Positions 8,128-16,161 of a stretch of 32,000 nucleotides of DNA are shown in pieces; the first letter of the stretch is position 1, and every line of letters starts with the position of its first letter. The translations under genes and the position numbers were made by a program. The DNA comes from an uncultured archaeon (GTDB lineage: Archaea; Micrarchaeota; Micrarchaeia; Micrarchaeales; CABMGC01). Under the pieces are notes generated by a model. It did not search any database. It was not told the origin of the DNA and was given only the letters and a program-made list of their open reading frames with translations. The stretch lies in assembly GCA_963787445.1 (NCBI GenBank), contig CAWBCT010000005.1, positions 17,800-49,799 of the forward strand, written 5' to 3'.

Positions 8128-8811
8128 CTACTGCAGGACCTTGCGGCTCTCGAGATGCAGGTCGACCTTACGCTTGATGCGCTGCAGTGCGTTGTCGACG
8201 GTCTTGCAGTCGCAGTCGAGCTGGCGAGCGATCTTCTCGTACGACAGGCCCTGCAGGTACAGGCGCAACACGCGGCTCTCGAGGTTGGAGAGCAGGCGCG
8301 TGAGGCAGTGCTTGAGGCTCTGCACCTCTTCGGCGGAGATCACCTGGTTGACCGGGTCGTTGACCGACGAGCCCGGCAGGATGTCGGCCAGGCTGCATTC
8401 GCTGTCGTCGCCGGCGTCGCCGGGGGTATGGCTGAACGACAGGTAGCCGTTGAGCGGCACGTGCTTCTGACGGGTGGCGGTCTTGATGGCGGTGATGATC
8501 TGGCGCGTGATGCACAGCTCGGCGAAGCTGCGAAACGACGCCTGACGGTCGTCGCGGTAGTCGCGCACCGCCTTGTACAGACCGACCATGCCCTCCTGGA
8601 TCAGGTCTTCGGAGTCGCCGCCGGCGAGGAAGTACGAGCTGGCCTTGAGCCGCACGAACTGGTGGTAGCGCAGGATCAGGGCGTTGAGGGCGCTCTGGTT
8701 GCCGCGGCGGTAGGAGTTGACGAGGGCGAGATCGGAACTCTCTGAGTGGACCTGAGGGTTAGAAAGACGACCAGCCGATCGGCTGGTGTCGGCCTGTCGC
8801 CGCTGCGTCAT
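8128..8811 (-). CDS. sigH: RNA polymerase sigma factor, Bacillus SigH (Spo0H) type
   Basis: 227 aa. The block LIQEGMVGLYKAVRDYRDDRQASFRSFAELCITRQIITAIKTATRQKHVPLN is near-identical in pattern to B. subtilis SigH (IVQEGMIGLYKSIRDF...FAELCITRQIITAIKTATRQKHIPLN). The C-terminal part has LSNLESRVLRLYLQGLSYEKIA...VDNALQRIKRKV. It lies in the conserved cysS-rlmB-yacP-sigH context. Confidence 0.88.
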   Translation of the reverse strand: MTQRRQADTSRSAGRLSNPQVHSESSDLALVNSYRRGNQSALNALILRYHQFVRLKASSYFLAGGDSEDLIQEGMVGLYKAVRDYRDDRQASFRSFAELCITRQIITAIKTATRQKHVPLNGYLSFSHTPGDAGDDSECSLADILPGSSVNDPVNQVISAEEVQSLKHCLTRLLSNLESRVLRLYLQGLSYEKIARQLDCDCKTVDNALQRIKRKVDLHLESRKVLQ

Positions 8812-8848
8812 GCCGTCTGACCCCCCGAGCTGAGCCTGAGTGGCGCGA

Positions 8849-9364
8849 CTAGCCGCCCTCCCGCCTCAGGCGTTCCAGCTTGCGCCAAGTCTCAAGGTCA
8901 AGTTTATCCTCAAGTGTTGTCGGTATTGTACTGGTCTTCTCGTCGTTTGCAAGCTCTTTGTGGCTGACGCCGATCTCGGCGCCCAGCTCGCGAGGGGTCA
9001 TGCGACGCACGCCGGCCCGGGTCGCCGTACGCTGCACCTCGTAGTCGGCCGAAACGACGACGATGGCGGCGTCGGCCGGCTCGTCGGCGACCAGCCGGGC
9101 GATCATCTCGTCGGCCGACTGCGAACCGCCGGCGAAGCACACCTCGACCCGCGTGCCGGCCAGTCGCTCGCAGGTCGACCGGGGCTGCGAGTGGGCGTCG
9201 AAGACGAGGGTGACCTGGGCGCCGCGCAGGGCGGCGAAGCCGGCGAGCTGGTCGGCCAGCCAGCGGCGCCGGTCCTCGAGCTGCTCGAGCTGGAGGCCCG
9301 GGAACAGGGCGTGCAGGACGTTGTAGCCGTCGACGATGTAGGAGTCGTGAGCGCCCGCGGCCAT
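8849..9364 (-). CDS. yacP: NYN-domain ribonuclease YacP/Rae1 family
   Basis: 171 aa. Motifs seen: YIVDGYNVLH, VTLVFDA, VCFAGGSQSADEMI and VVVSADYEVQ. The ATG at 9364 is 5 nt after the rlmB stop (9369-9371). Confidence 0.85.
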   Translation of the reverse strand: MAAGAHDSYIVDGYNVLHALFPGLQLEQLEDRRRWLADQLAGFAALRGAQVTLVFDAHSQPRSTCERLAGTRVEVCFAGGSQSADEMIARLVADEPADAAIVVVSADYEVQRTATRAGVRRMTPRELGAEIGVSHKELANDEKTSTIPTTLEDKLDLETWRKLERLRREGG

Positions 9365-9368
9365 GCCG

Positions 9369-10134
9369 TCAGGCTCCCCCGCGCAGACCGGGCTCGCGCC
9401 CGGGCGGCCGGGCGGCCGTGAGCGCCCGGCCCTGACGGCGCACCTCGTAGAGAAACAGGGCGGCGGCCACGCTCACGTTCAGGCTGTCGACCGGACCCTG
9501 CATGGGGATCGCGGCAAGCTCGTCGCAGGCGCGGCGCACCAGCGGGCGCAGCCCGCGGCCCTCCGCGCCGAACACCAGCACCACCTTGCCGGAGAGATCG
9601 AGGGCGTCGTAGGGGCGGCCGGCGTCGCCGGCCGCCCCGTACACCCAGTGTCCGGCTTGCTGGCACTCGGCCAGAAAGCCGGCCACGTTGGTGACGTGGG
9701 CGATGTCGAGATGCTCGGTGGCTCCCGCCGAAGCCTTGACCGCCGCCGGTGTGACCGCGGCCGAGCGGTGCCGGGGCAGCGCGAGGCCGCCGGCGCCGGC
9801 CCCCAGGGCGCTGCGCGCGATGGCGCCCAGGTTGCGGGGGTCGGTCACCTCGTCGAGCACGACGAGCAGGTCGCAGACCAGCAGCGCGCCCGGCGCGACG
9901 TACGGGTAGTCGCCCACCAGGCAGGCCACGCCCTGGTGCTCGTGGCTGCCGGTGAGCTGCTGCAGCTCGCGCGACTCCACCCGTTCGAAGCTCGACGCCC
10001 TGGGCTGCGCCTGCGCCCGCGACGACGTGGGCCGCGCCGGCGACGCCGTGGCCGGCCAGCCAGGCGGCGCCTTCGGGGGTCGCCACGAGCCTTCGCGGGC
10101 GGCGCTTCGCGCCGCCCGCGAAGGCCAGGCGCAC
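9369..10134 (-). CDS. rlmB: 23S rRNA 2'-O-ribose G2251 methyltransferase RlmB (TrmH/SpoU SPOUT family); N-terminal region disturbed as sequenced
   Basis: The SPOUT core is in frame 9369..9980: HQGVA, LDEVTDPRNLGAIARSA, VLVFGAEGRGLR and IPMQGPVDSLNVSVAAALFLYE. The SpoU_sub_bind-like N-terminus (GRQVVRLAFAGG...RRLVATPEG) is in the frame of track ORF 9103..10134. This implies a frameshift near ~10,005. No in-frame start lies upstream of the GR motif, and an in-frame TGA sits at 10165-10167. Confidence 0.75.
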
Positions 10135-10235
10135 GACCTGCCGGCCGTCAGAGCCAGTCCACGGTCAACGGCGGGAGCGGCGGCCTGCGGCTCCCGCCGC
10201 TCCCGCGGCGCCCCTGCGAGTCGTCGCGGCGCCCA

Positions 10236-11819
10236 TCAGCCCCTGCGCACGACCTGCGTGCCGGCCGGCGTGTCGCGCACCTCGAACCCGGCGGCCACGA
10301 GGCGGTCGCGCAGGGCGTCGGCGCCGGCCCAGTCCTTCTGCGCCCGCAGGTGGTCGCGCAGCCGGCAGGCATAGGTGGCATCGCCGCACGACAGACGCTC
10401 GTCGACGAGCTCGGCCAGATCGTCCCAGCGGCCCTCCGCCGAAAGGCGCGCGGCCGGCGGCAGCGGCACGTCGTCGGTGGCGCAGACCTCGCCGTCGGCG
10501 GCGACCGCCTGCGACGCGGCGGCCCGGCGGCCGCTCGGCGCGCCGCTCGGCGACACCGACAGCTCGTCGTCGGGCAGGGTGATGCACAGGTCGTCGAGGC
10601 ACGAGACGAGGAGGTCCTCGACGCCTTCGAGGGTGTCCGTGTCGGCGGCGTGACCGGCGGCATCGGTGGCGCCGACGTAGCGAAACAGCTCGCGGCCCAG
10701 GCCGAACAGCTCGCCGAGCGCGGCGGCGGTGTTCAGGTCGTCGTCCATGTGCTCGGCAAAGGCCGATCCGGGCATGGTCGAGCGCGGCCCGCAGCTCGGC
10801 GGCGTCGTGGGTCTCGCCGCGACCGGGGTTGTCGGCCCGGAAGCTGGCCGTGCGCACCGCCTCGCGCAGGCGCTCGTAGGCCGCCGCGGCCTCGTCGAGC
10901 TTCTCCAGTGAGAACTCGAGCGGGCTGCGGTAATGGGTCGTCAGGAAGTAGGTGAGCACGACCGGCGCCGGGTAGCGCTCGAGCACCTCGCGCAGCAGGA
11001 AGATGTTGCCGACCGACTTGGCCATCTTCTCGCCCTCGGCGCGGATCATGCCGTTGTGCATCCAGACGCGGGCGAAGGGCAGGCCGGCGGCCTCGGCCTG
11101 GGCGATCTCGTTCTCGTGGTGGGGGAAGATCAGGTCGCGGCCGCCGCCGTGGATGTCGAAGCCGGCCCCCAGGTAGCGCAGGCCCATGGCCGAGCATTCG
11201 ATGTGCCAGCCCGGGCGGCCCTTGCCCCATGGGCTGTCCCAGGATGGTCGCCTCTCCGGGCTTGGCCGCCTTCCACACACGAAGTCGAGCGGGTCGTCTT
11301 TGCCCGGCTCGGCCTCGACTCGCGTCTCTTCGGCGAGCTCGTCGATGCGCTGCCTGGACAGCTTGCCGTACTCGGGGAAGCTGCGCACGCGAAAGTAGAC
11401 GCTGCCCTGCGCCTCGTAGGCGTGGCCCGCGGCGATGAGCTGGCAGACGAGGTCGATGATCTCGGGGATGGTCTCGCTGGCCAGCGGCTCGACGTCGGCC
11501 GCGGCACGCCGAGCCGGTCGGTGTCGTCGAGATAGGCCTGCGCGTACTCGGCTGCGACGGCGACCGGCGAACGACCCTCGGCATCGGCCTTGGCGTTGAT
11601 CTTGTCGTTGACGTCGGTGATGTTCTCGACCAGCGTGACGTGGTAGCCGCGCGAGGTCAGCCAGGCCCGCAGCACGGCGAAGACGACATACGGGCGGGCG
11701 TTGCCGACGTGCACGTAGTTGTAGACCGTAGGACCGCAGGCGTAGATGCCCACCTTGCCGGCGTCGCGCGGGACGAGCTCCTCTTTGCGCTGGGTGAGTG
11801 AGTTGAAGAGCCTGATCAC
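10236..11819 (-). pseudogene. cysS: Cysteine--tRNA ligase CysS, interrupted as sequenced by about 4 single-base frameshifts
   Basis: The N-terminus is in ORF 11130..11819 (GIYACGPTVYNYVHVGNARPYV). The middle is in the 821-aa ORF frame (VEPLASETIPEIIDLV..., [45 protein letters not shown]). The C-terminus is in ORF 10236..10775 (FAEHMDDDLNTAAAL...DALRDRLVAAGFEVRDTPAGT). Frame changes occur at ~11,497, ~11,277 and ~11,248 (a compensating pair around the conserved LWKAAKPGE) and ~10,762. The GTG start overlaps the gltX stop (GTGA, 11816-11819). Confidence 0.85.
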
Positions 11820-12320
11820 CGTCGGTCTCCTTCAGTCGTGTCGGGGGGCGGCGTGGCCGGAGGCGTGGCGGCCGGCGGCGCGCCGGCCAGCGGGGCGGCC
11901 GGCGTGGCGACCGGCGTGGCGTCGCCGGTAGCCGCCGCGAGGCGCTCGAGGGTCTCGCCGGCGGGCAGCGCGGCCAGCACGAAGTGCAGCTCGGGACCGT
12001 GTTCGCGGCCGGTGAGCGCCCGGCGCAGCGGCATGAGCAGCTCGCGGGGGCCGTAACCGCTCTGCTTGCCCTGCCGGCGGTAGTCGGCCAGCAGGCCGCG
12101 AGCCTCGTCGGCGGTAAGGTAGGGCTGCGGCGCCGAGCGGCGCAAGCCAGCAAAGAGGGTGAGGCGGTCGCGGGCGGCGGCCAGCGCGGCCAGCGTCTCG
12201 GCGCGGGGGCGGGCCGGTCGAGCACCGCGGCGACGAGCCGCGGCACCTCGCAGTAGCGCTCGAGCGAAGACTTGAGGGCGGCGGCGAGCGCCGCCACGGC
12301 CGGCACCGGGGTGCCGGCCG
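11816..12320 (-). pseudogene. gltX: Glutamate--tRNA ligase GltX, C-terminal (anticodon-binding) fragment only
   Basis: ORF 11816..12625 frame: AETLAALAAARDRL...LLMPLRRALTGREHGPELHFVLAALPAGETLERL. This matches the conserved GltX C-terminal motif (PLRvALTGr.hGPEL...LG.e..l.RL). The upstream part (LKSSLERYCEVPRLVAAVLD) is in another frame, with the shift at ~12,205-12,215. Homology stops at ~12,320, where dprA-like sequence begins. Confidence 0.6.
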
Positions 12321-12324
12321 CCGG

Positions 12325-12630
12325 CGCGCCAGCAGCTCGCTCCGGCCGATGAGGGACAGGACCGATGGCGCATCGTCGATGGCGGAGAGAAGCCGGATAG
12401 CCTGCCTCGCCCAGGACGACGAGCCGGCCGCCCAATCGCGCCAGTCCGGCCAGCTCCCGCTCCGCCGTCGCGCTGGCGCAGATGGCGAGCGGCCGGGTAC
12501 GCCCGCCGCGCCTGGCAAGCTCGGGCAACGCCGCCAGGGCCGCTTCGGCGCCGCCAAAGCGGGCCAGGAGCTGACGAAAGGTGACGGTCCGACGTTCTCG
12601 CAGCGCGCCAGGCGGAGCGAGGCAAGTCAT
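12325..12630 (-). pseudogene. dprA: DNA-processing protein DprA/Smf, N-terminal ~100 codons only (alphaproteobacterial type), with one frameshift
   Basis: From ATG at 12630: ...VTFRQLLARFGGAEAALAALPELARRGGRTRPLAICASATAERELAGLARLGGRLVVLGEAGYP. After a 1-nt insertion near 12,394 it continues LLSAIDDAPSVLSLIGRSELLA. This is the typical DprA N-terminal region up to the start of the Rossmann domain. The rest of the gene is missing. Confidence 0.6.
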
Positions 12631-12723
12631 TCGCGGTCGCTGAGGTGAAGCCCAGGCATCGGGGGAGAATGAAGAAGTCCGAGAGTAACTGTCAATTATG
12701 TCTATCGAAAGTTGTAACTCGAC

Positions 12724-13346
12724 TTACGCTTTCGGCTTGCCGAGCTGGATCTTGGATTCCTTTCCGGCCAGCAGACGCCGGATATTCTGCCAGTGGCGCA
12801 GCCAGACCAGCACGGCGATGAGAATGGCAACCTCCTTCAACTGGCGGGTCGAGAGGAAATAGGCGGCCACCGGCGCCGAGGCGAAGGAGAGCAAGGCGGC
12901 CAGCGACGAAAAGCGGGCGGTGAAGGCGACGAGGAGCCAGACCGCGCAGGCGATCAGGCCGACGAAGAAGTTCAAGCCCAGCAGCACACCGAGACCAGTC
13001 GCCACGCCCTTGCCGCCCTTGAAGCCGAGCCATGCCGGGAAGAGATGGCCGATGAAAGCGGCGAGCTCCGGCGATGATCGCCATGTCAGGCCCCAATGTT
13101 GGCCGATCAGCACGGCCGCCGTGCCCTTGCCGCCATCGAGCAGGACCGTCGCCGCCGCCAATCCCTTGCGGCCGGTGCGCAGCACATTGGTGGCGCCGAT
13201 ATTGCCGGAGCCGATCTTGCGGATGTCGCCGAGGCCCGCGAGCCTGGTCAACACGAGGCCGAAGGGAATCGAGCCCAGCAGGTAGCCCAGCAGAGCGCCC
13301 AGATAGTACGGCCAAGTAACTGAAAGCTGCCCAGGAGCTCGGGCAT
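12724..13346 (-). CDS. plsY: Glycerol-3-phosphate acyltransferase PlsY (frameshift near the 5' end as sequenced)
   Basis: Track ORF 12724..13254 carries [30 protein letters not shown] and [12 protein letters not shown]. The conserved N-terminal [23 protein letters not shown] continues upstream in the same frame without a start codon. ATG at 13346 (MPELLGSF...) is in another frame. A 1-nt indel at the aaa/ttt run ~13,324 would join them. Confidence 0.85.
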
Positions 13347-13349
13347 GGC

Positions 13350-13500
13350 GCTAGGGCGAGGCCGTACCAGCTCCTCGCCCCTTCGACGGGGGCCCGCCGG
13401 GGTGGGGGTGGAGCCGAAAGTTCGAAGGCAACGCATTCTATCGCTCGTCGACCCCCTTCCGACCCTCCCCCGCAAGGGGAAGGAAGAGGTTGAGCGGGCG
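13350..13500. repeat. Intergenic GC-rich palindromic (REP-like) element between pyrC' and plsY
   Basis: Short hairpins gcccc-ttcgac-ggggc and ctcccccGCAAggggaag. It shares the motif ccggggtgggggtgg (13397-13411) with ccggggtgaggtggg at 27256-27270. Confidence 0.4.
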
Positions 13501-13511
13501 CGAGCGTGGGT

Positions 13512-14075
13512 TCACTGCGATACTCCGGCCGCGAAGACCGTGCGGCCATCGACGATGGTGCGCAGCACCCGGCCCCGCACCGGGCGGCCGTCGAAGGGGG
13601 AGTTCTTGGACTTGCTGCGGAAGCGGCCGACCTCGATATGACAATGCCGGTCAAGTTCGAACAGGAGAAGGTCCGCCGGCGCGCCCTTGGCGAGGCGGCC
13701 CTGGGGCAGGCCGAGGAATTGGGCCGGCGCTGCGGTCATCCGGCGCAGCAGCTCAATGAGCGACACTTCGCCCTTGTGATGCAACTCCAGGCTCAGGGCC
13801 AGCAGGGTTTCGAGGCCGATAATTCCGGGCGCTGCCTGGGCGAACGGCACGCGCTTTCGATTCCTGGTCGTAAGGGGCGTGGTCGCTGGCGATGCAGTCG
13901 ATGGTGCCGTCGGCGATCGCCGCGGCGACCGCCTTGTTGTCCGCCTCGGTTCGCAGCGGCGGCGACAGCTTGGCGAAGGTGCGGTAGTCGCCGACCGCGG
14001 TCTCGTCGAGAGCGAAATAGGCGGGCGCGGTGTCGCAGGTGACGGGAAGCCCGCGCGCCTTCCTCGCGCCACGGC
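13512..14075 (-). pseudogene. pyrC: Dihydroorotase PyrC, C-terminal ~185 codons only, with one frameshift
   Basis: Own translation: (A)RGLPVTCDTAPAYFALDETAVGDYRTFAKLSPPLRTEADNKAVAAAIADGTIDCIASDHAPYDQESK. After an extra base in the ttt/aaa run at ~13,857 it continues RVPFAQAAPGIIGLETLLALSLELHHKGEVSL...SKSKNSPFDGRPVRGRVLRTIVDGRTVF. The N-terminal ~55% of the gene is absent. Confidence 0.8.
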
Positions 14076-15830
14076 GGTCAAGTCGAGATTGCCGTCGAGC
14101 GCGTAATCGCCCGCCAGGTTGGCGTTGACCGCGTTCTGCAACTGGCTGGCGGTGGTGATCAGCGTATAGGCGCTGCCGTTGATGGTCAGACTCGGCGTTG
14201 CGCCCCCAAGGGTGATCGAGTCGCCCGTGCCGGTGATCAGATTGCCGCCGGTCCCGCCGTCGTTATAGAGGACATTGAGGTTGGTGCCGACGATGTTGGC
14301 GTTGACGTTGACGCTGTGATAGGCGTCGAGCGTCAGGGTGGTGTTGGCGCTCCAGGCGAGCGGGCTGTCGATATTGATATCGCCGACGCCGCTGGCATTG
14401 GCGATGCCCGGGCCGCTGGCCCCGGTGGCGGTGGTTTGCAAAGTGACGTTCGTTGTGGCCAGCGAGCCGTCGATGGTCGCGGCCGCGGCGGCGTCGACGG
14501 TCAAGTCCCAGGGGTCGAGCAGCCAGGTGCCCGCCTTGCCCTTGGGCGCGCCGGCATCGACCTTCGCGCCGTCGATATTCAAGATGTGGCCCGAGGTTTC
14601 GATGGACCCGCCGTCGCCGCCGAGCGCACCGCCCGTGGCCTTCGCCGAACCGACGAAGCTGTTGGTGCCGCCGATCACCGAGATCTTGCCGCCATTGCCG
14701 CTGATCTTGGCCGAGGCATCGAGCGTGGAGGCGGCATCGACCGCCACCGACGCGGTCTGCCAGCCGCCCACGGTGATGGCACCGCCGCCCGTGGCGCCCG
14801 AGGCATCGAGCTTGGCACCCGCGAGAGTGACCGCGCCGCTGCCGTCGAGCACGATCGCCCCGCCCTGCGATGTCAGCGAGTTGGCCTCGATCACCCCGGT
14901 GGCGTTGATCGCACCGCCCATCAAGGTGTTGGCCGCCTGCGCCGTCAGCAGCACCTTGCCGCCGCCGGCCTGGATCACGCCGCCCGCCTCGATCAGCGAC
15001 TGCACCGTCGCCGGGTTAACCTTCACCCCCAGCGACCCGCTGCCGGCCAGGGTCAGCGTCACCGCGTCGCCCGAGGCCAGCGCCACCGTGCCCAGATTGG
15101 CCTGGATCAGCCCAGTATTGGCGATATGCGGCGCCAGCAGTGCGACATAGCCGCCCGGGGCCGCCACGATGCTGCCGGCATTGGTCACGCTGCCGGTCGC
15201 CGTGCCGCGCTGGAATACGAGGGTGCCGTTCTGGAAGTCGGTGTCGGATATGTTCAGCGTCGAGGCGATCAGGCCGCCGACATTGACCTGCGCGCCGTCG
15301 CCGAACACGATGCCATTCGGGTTGATCAGGATCACCTGGCCGTTGGCGGTCAGCCGGCCCAGGATGACCGAGCCGTCCCCCGACAGAATGCGGTTGAGCG
15401 CGATCGAGCTGGTACCGGGCTGCACGAAGGTCACCCCGGCCTGGCTGCCGATATCGAAGCTCGACCAGTTGAGGCTGGCTGAATTGGTGGTCTGCGTCAC
15501 CGTCAACTGCGAACCAGACTGGCTGATCGTGGCATTGCCCGAGGTCAGCGCTTTGAAGACGGGCAGCTGGGTCGATGCCGGAGCCGAGTTCAGCACGTTC
15601 ATGACGCGCTGCTGGGCCGTCGTCTGAGCGCCACCGGCAATGGCCGGCGCGCCCGGCGCCAGCAGCAGCGCCGCCGCGGCCGAGACCAGGCCCGTGCGCG
15701 ACAGAAGCGCAGCGCGTCGCGACCGGCCGAAGCGCGGTGCGCAGGAATGAGCGGGAATGCTCGGGGACAGACGCTTCAACGAAACCGCGAACTTGGACAA
15801 ATCAATCGTGCAATCATTATTCCGAGCCAT
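14073..15830 (-). CDS. Two-partner-secretion exoprotein (TpsA; filamentous-hemagglutinin N-terminal TPS domain), 3'-truncated at ~585 codons
   Basis: ATG at 15830 is preceded by AGGAG. The long signal region ends ...AAAALLLAPGAPAIA. TPS-domain motifs are LNWSSFDIGSQAGVTF, ALNRILSGDGSVILGRLTANGQVILINPNGIVFG and QVNVGGLIASTLNISD. Beta-helical G/A/T-rich repeats follow. The sequence ends at ...LITTASQLQNAVNANLAGDYALDGNLDLTA, the usual lead-in to GLUG-type modules, where pyrC sequence begins. Track ORF 13512..15830 (772 aa) is a read-through fusion. Confidence 0.8.
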
Positions 15831-16161
15831 TCGACGCTCCTAATATGAATTCGTTTGACGACAATAATTTTTCAAATCCGGTCGCAAATTTACTTCGCGC
15901 GCAACTCACGCCGCCTCGCTACTCGTAAGGCGGATACAGTCGCAAACACAAGTAATGGTTTCCCCGCTTACGAGAATCCATTGCTATTTATTCGGATATA
16001 ACCCCAAGACCCAGGCGAAACGCCACTGAGACGCGACCATTTATTTGTTCTTGGCCGCGATATTACGCATTCCAGGCGCTGACATTCGTTATCGTTCCAA
16101 GAATCTTATGTTTCAATTGTCAAAATCGAGCGGCGGCCTCGCGCCGGCAGAATGTCGACGC
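15831..16161 (-). promoter_or_regulatory. AT-rich tpsB-tpsA spacer with probable internal promoter, SD and an imperfect hairpin
   Basis: This is the only clearly AT-rich stretch in the window (e.g. taatatgaattcgtttgacgacaataatttttcaaat, ttatttgttcttgg, aatcttatgtttcaattgtcaaaat). An inverted repeat ctcgtaaggcgg (15922-15933) / ccgcttacgag (15964-15974) is present. After the tpsB stop there is a weak hairpin cggcg-cgaggc-cgccg followed by cgatttt. Confidence 0.3.

Noticed and set aside
3385-8745. Large antisense or off-frame ORFs: 3385..4821(-), 3687..4943(+), 5572..6744(-), 5787..6944(+), 6860..8008(-), 6931..8745(+)
   Set aside because: Each overlaps a well-supported gene (rSAM, NlpC/P60, pilT, sigH) in another frame or strand. 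Each translates to low-complexity R/A/G/P/D/H-rich sequence, the typical GC-rich shadow ORF.
10165-10167. In-frame TGA ahead of rlmB as selenocysteine or programmed read-through
   Set aside because: No SECIS-like hairpin is evident. RlmB is not a known selenoprotein. The surrounding 8 kb is full of apparent base-level errors, so a sequencing error or a downstream start is more economical.
10165-12630. 821-aa ORF that looks like one large protein
   Set aside because: Its translation is a patchwork. A DprA N-terminus comes first, then out-of-frame gltX, then a central stretch of genuine CysS, then out-of-frame cysS C-terminus. It stays open only because GC-rich DNA has few stop codons. It is better explained as dprA' + gltX' + frameshifted cysS.
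13512-15830. 772-aa ORF as a single TpsA protein with a C-terminal amidohydrolase domain
   Set aside because: The TPS exoprotein sequence ends at ~14,073. The next ~70 codons are out-of-frame pyrC (Arg/Pro/Ser-rich nonsense). Only the last ~115 codons are in-frame PyrC, after a homopolymer frameshift. This is a fusion artefact, not a domain architecture.
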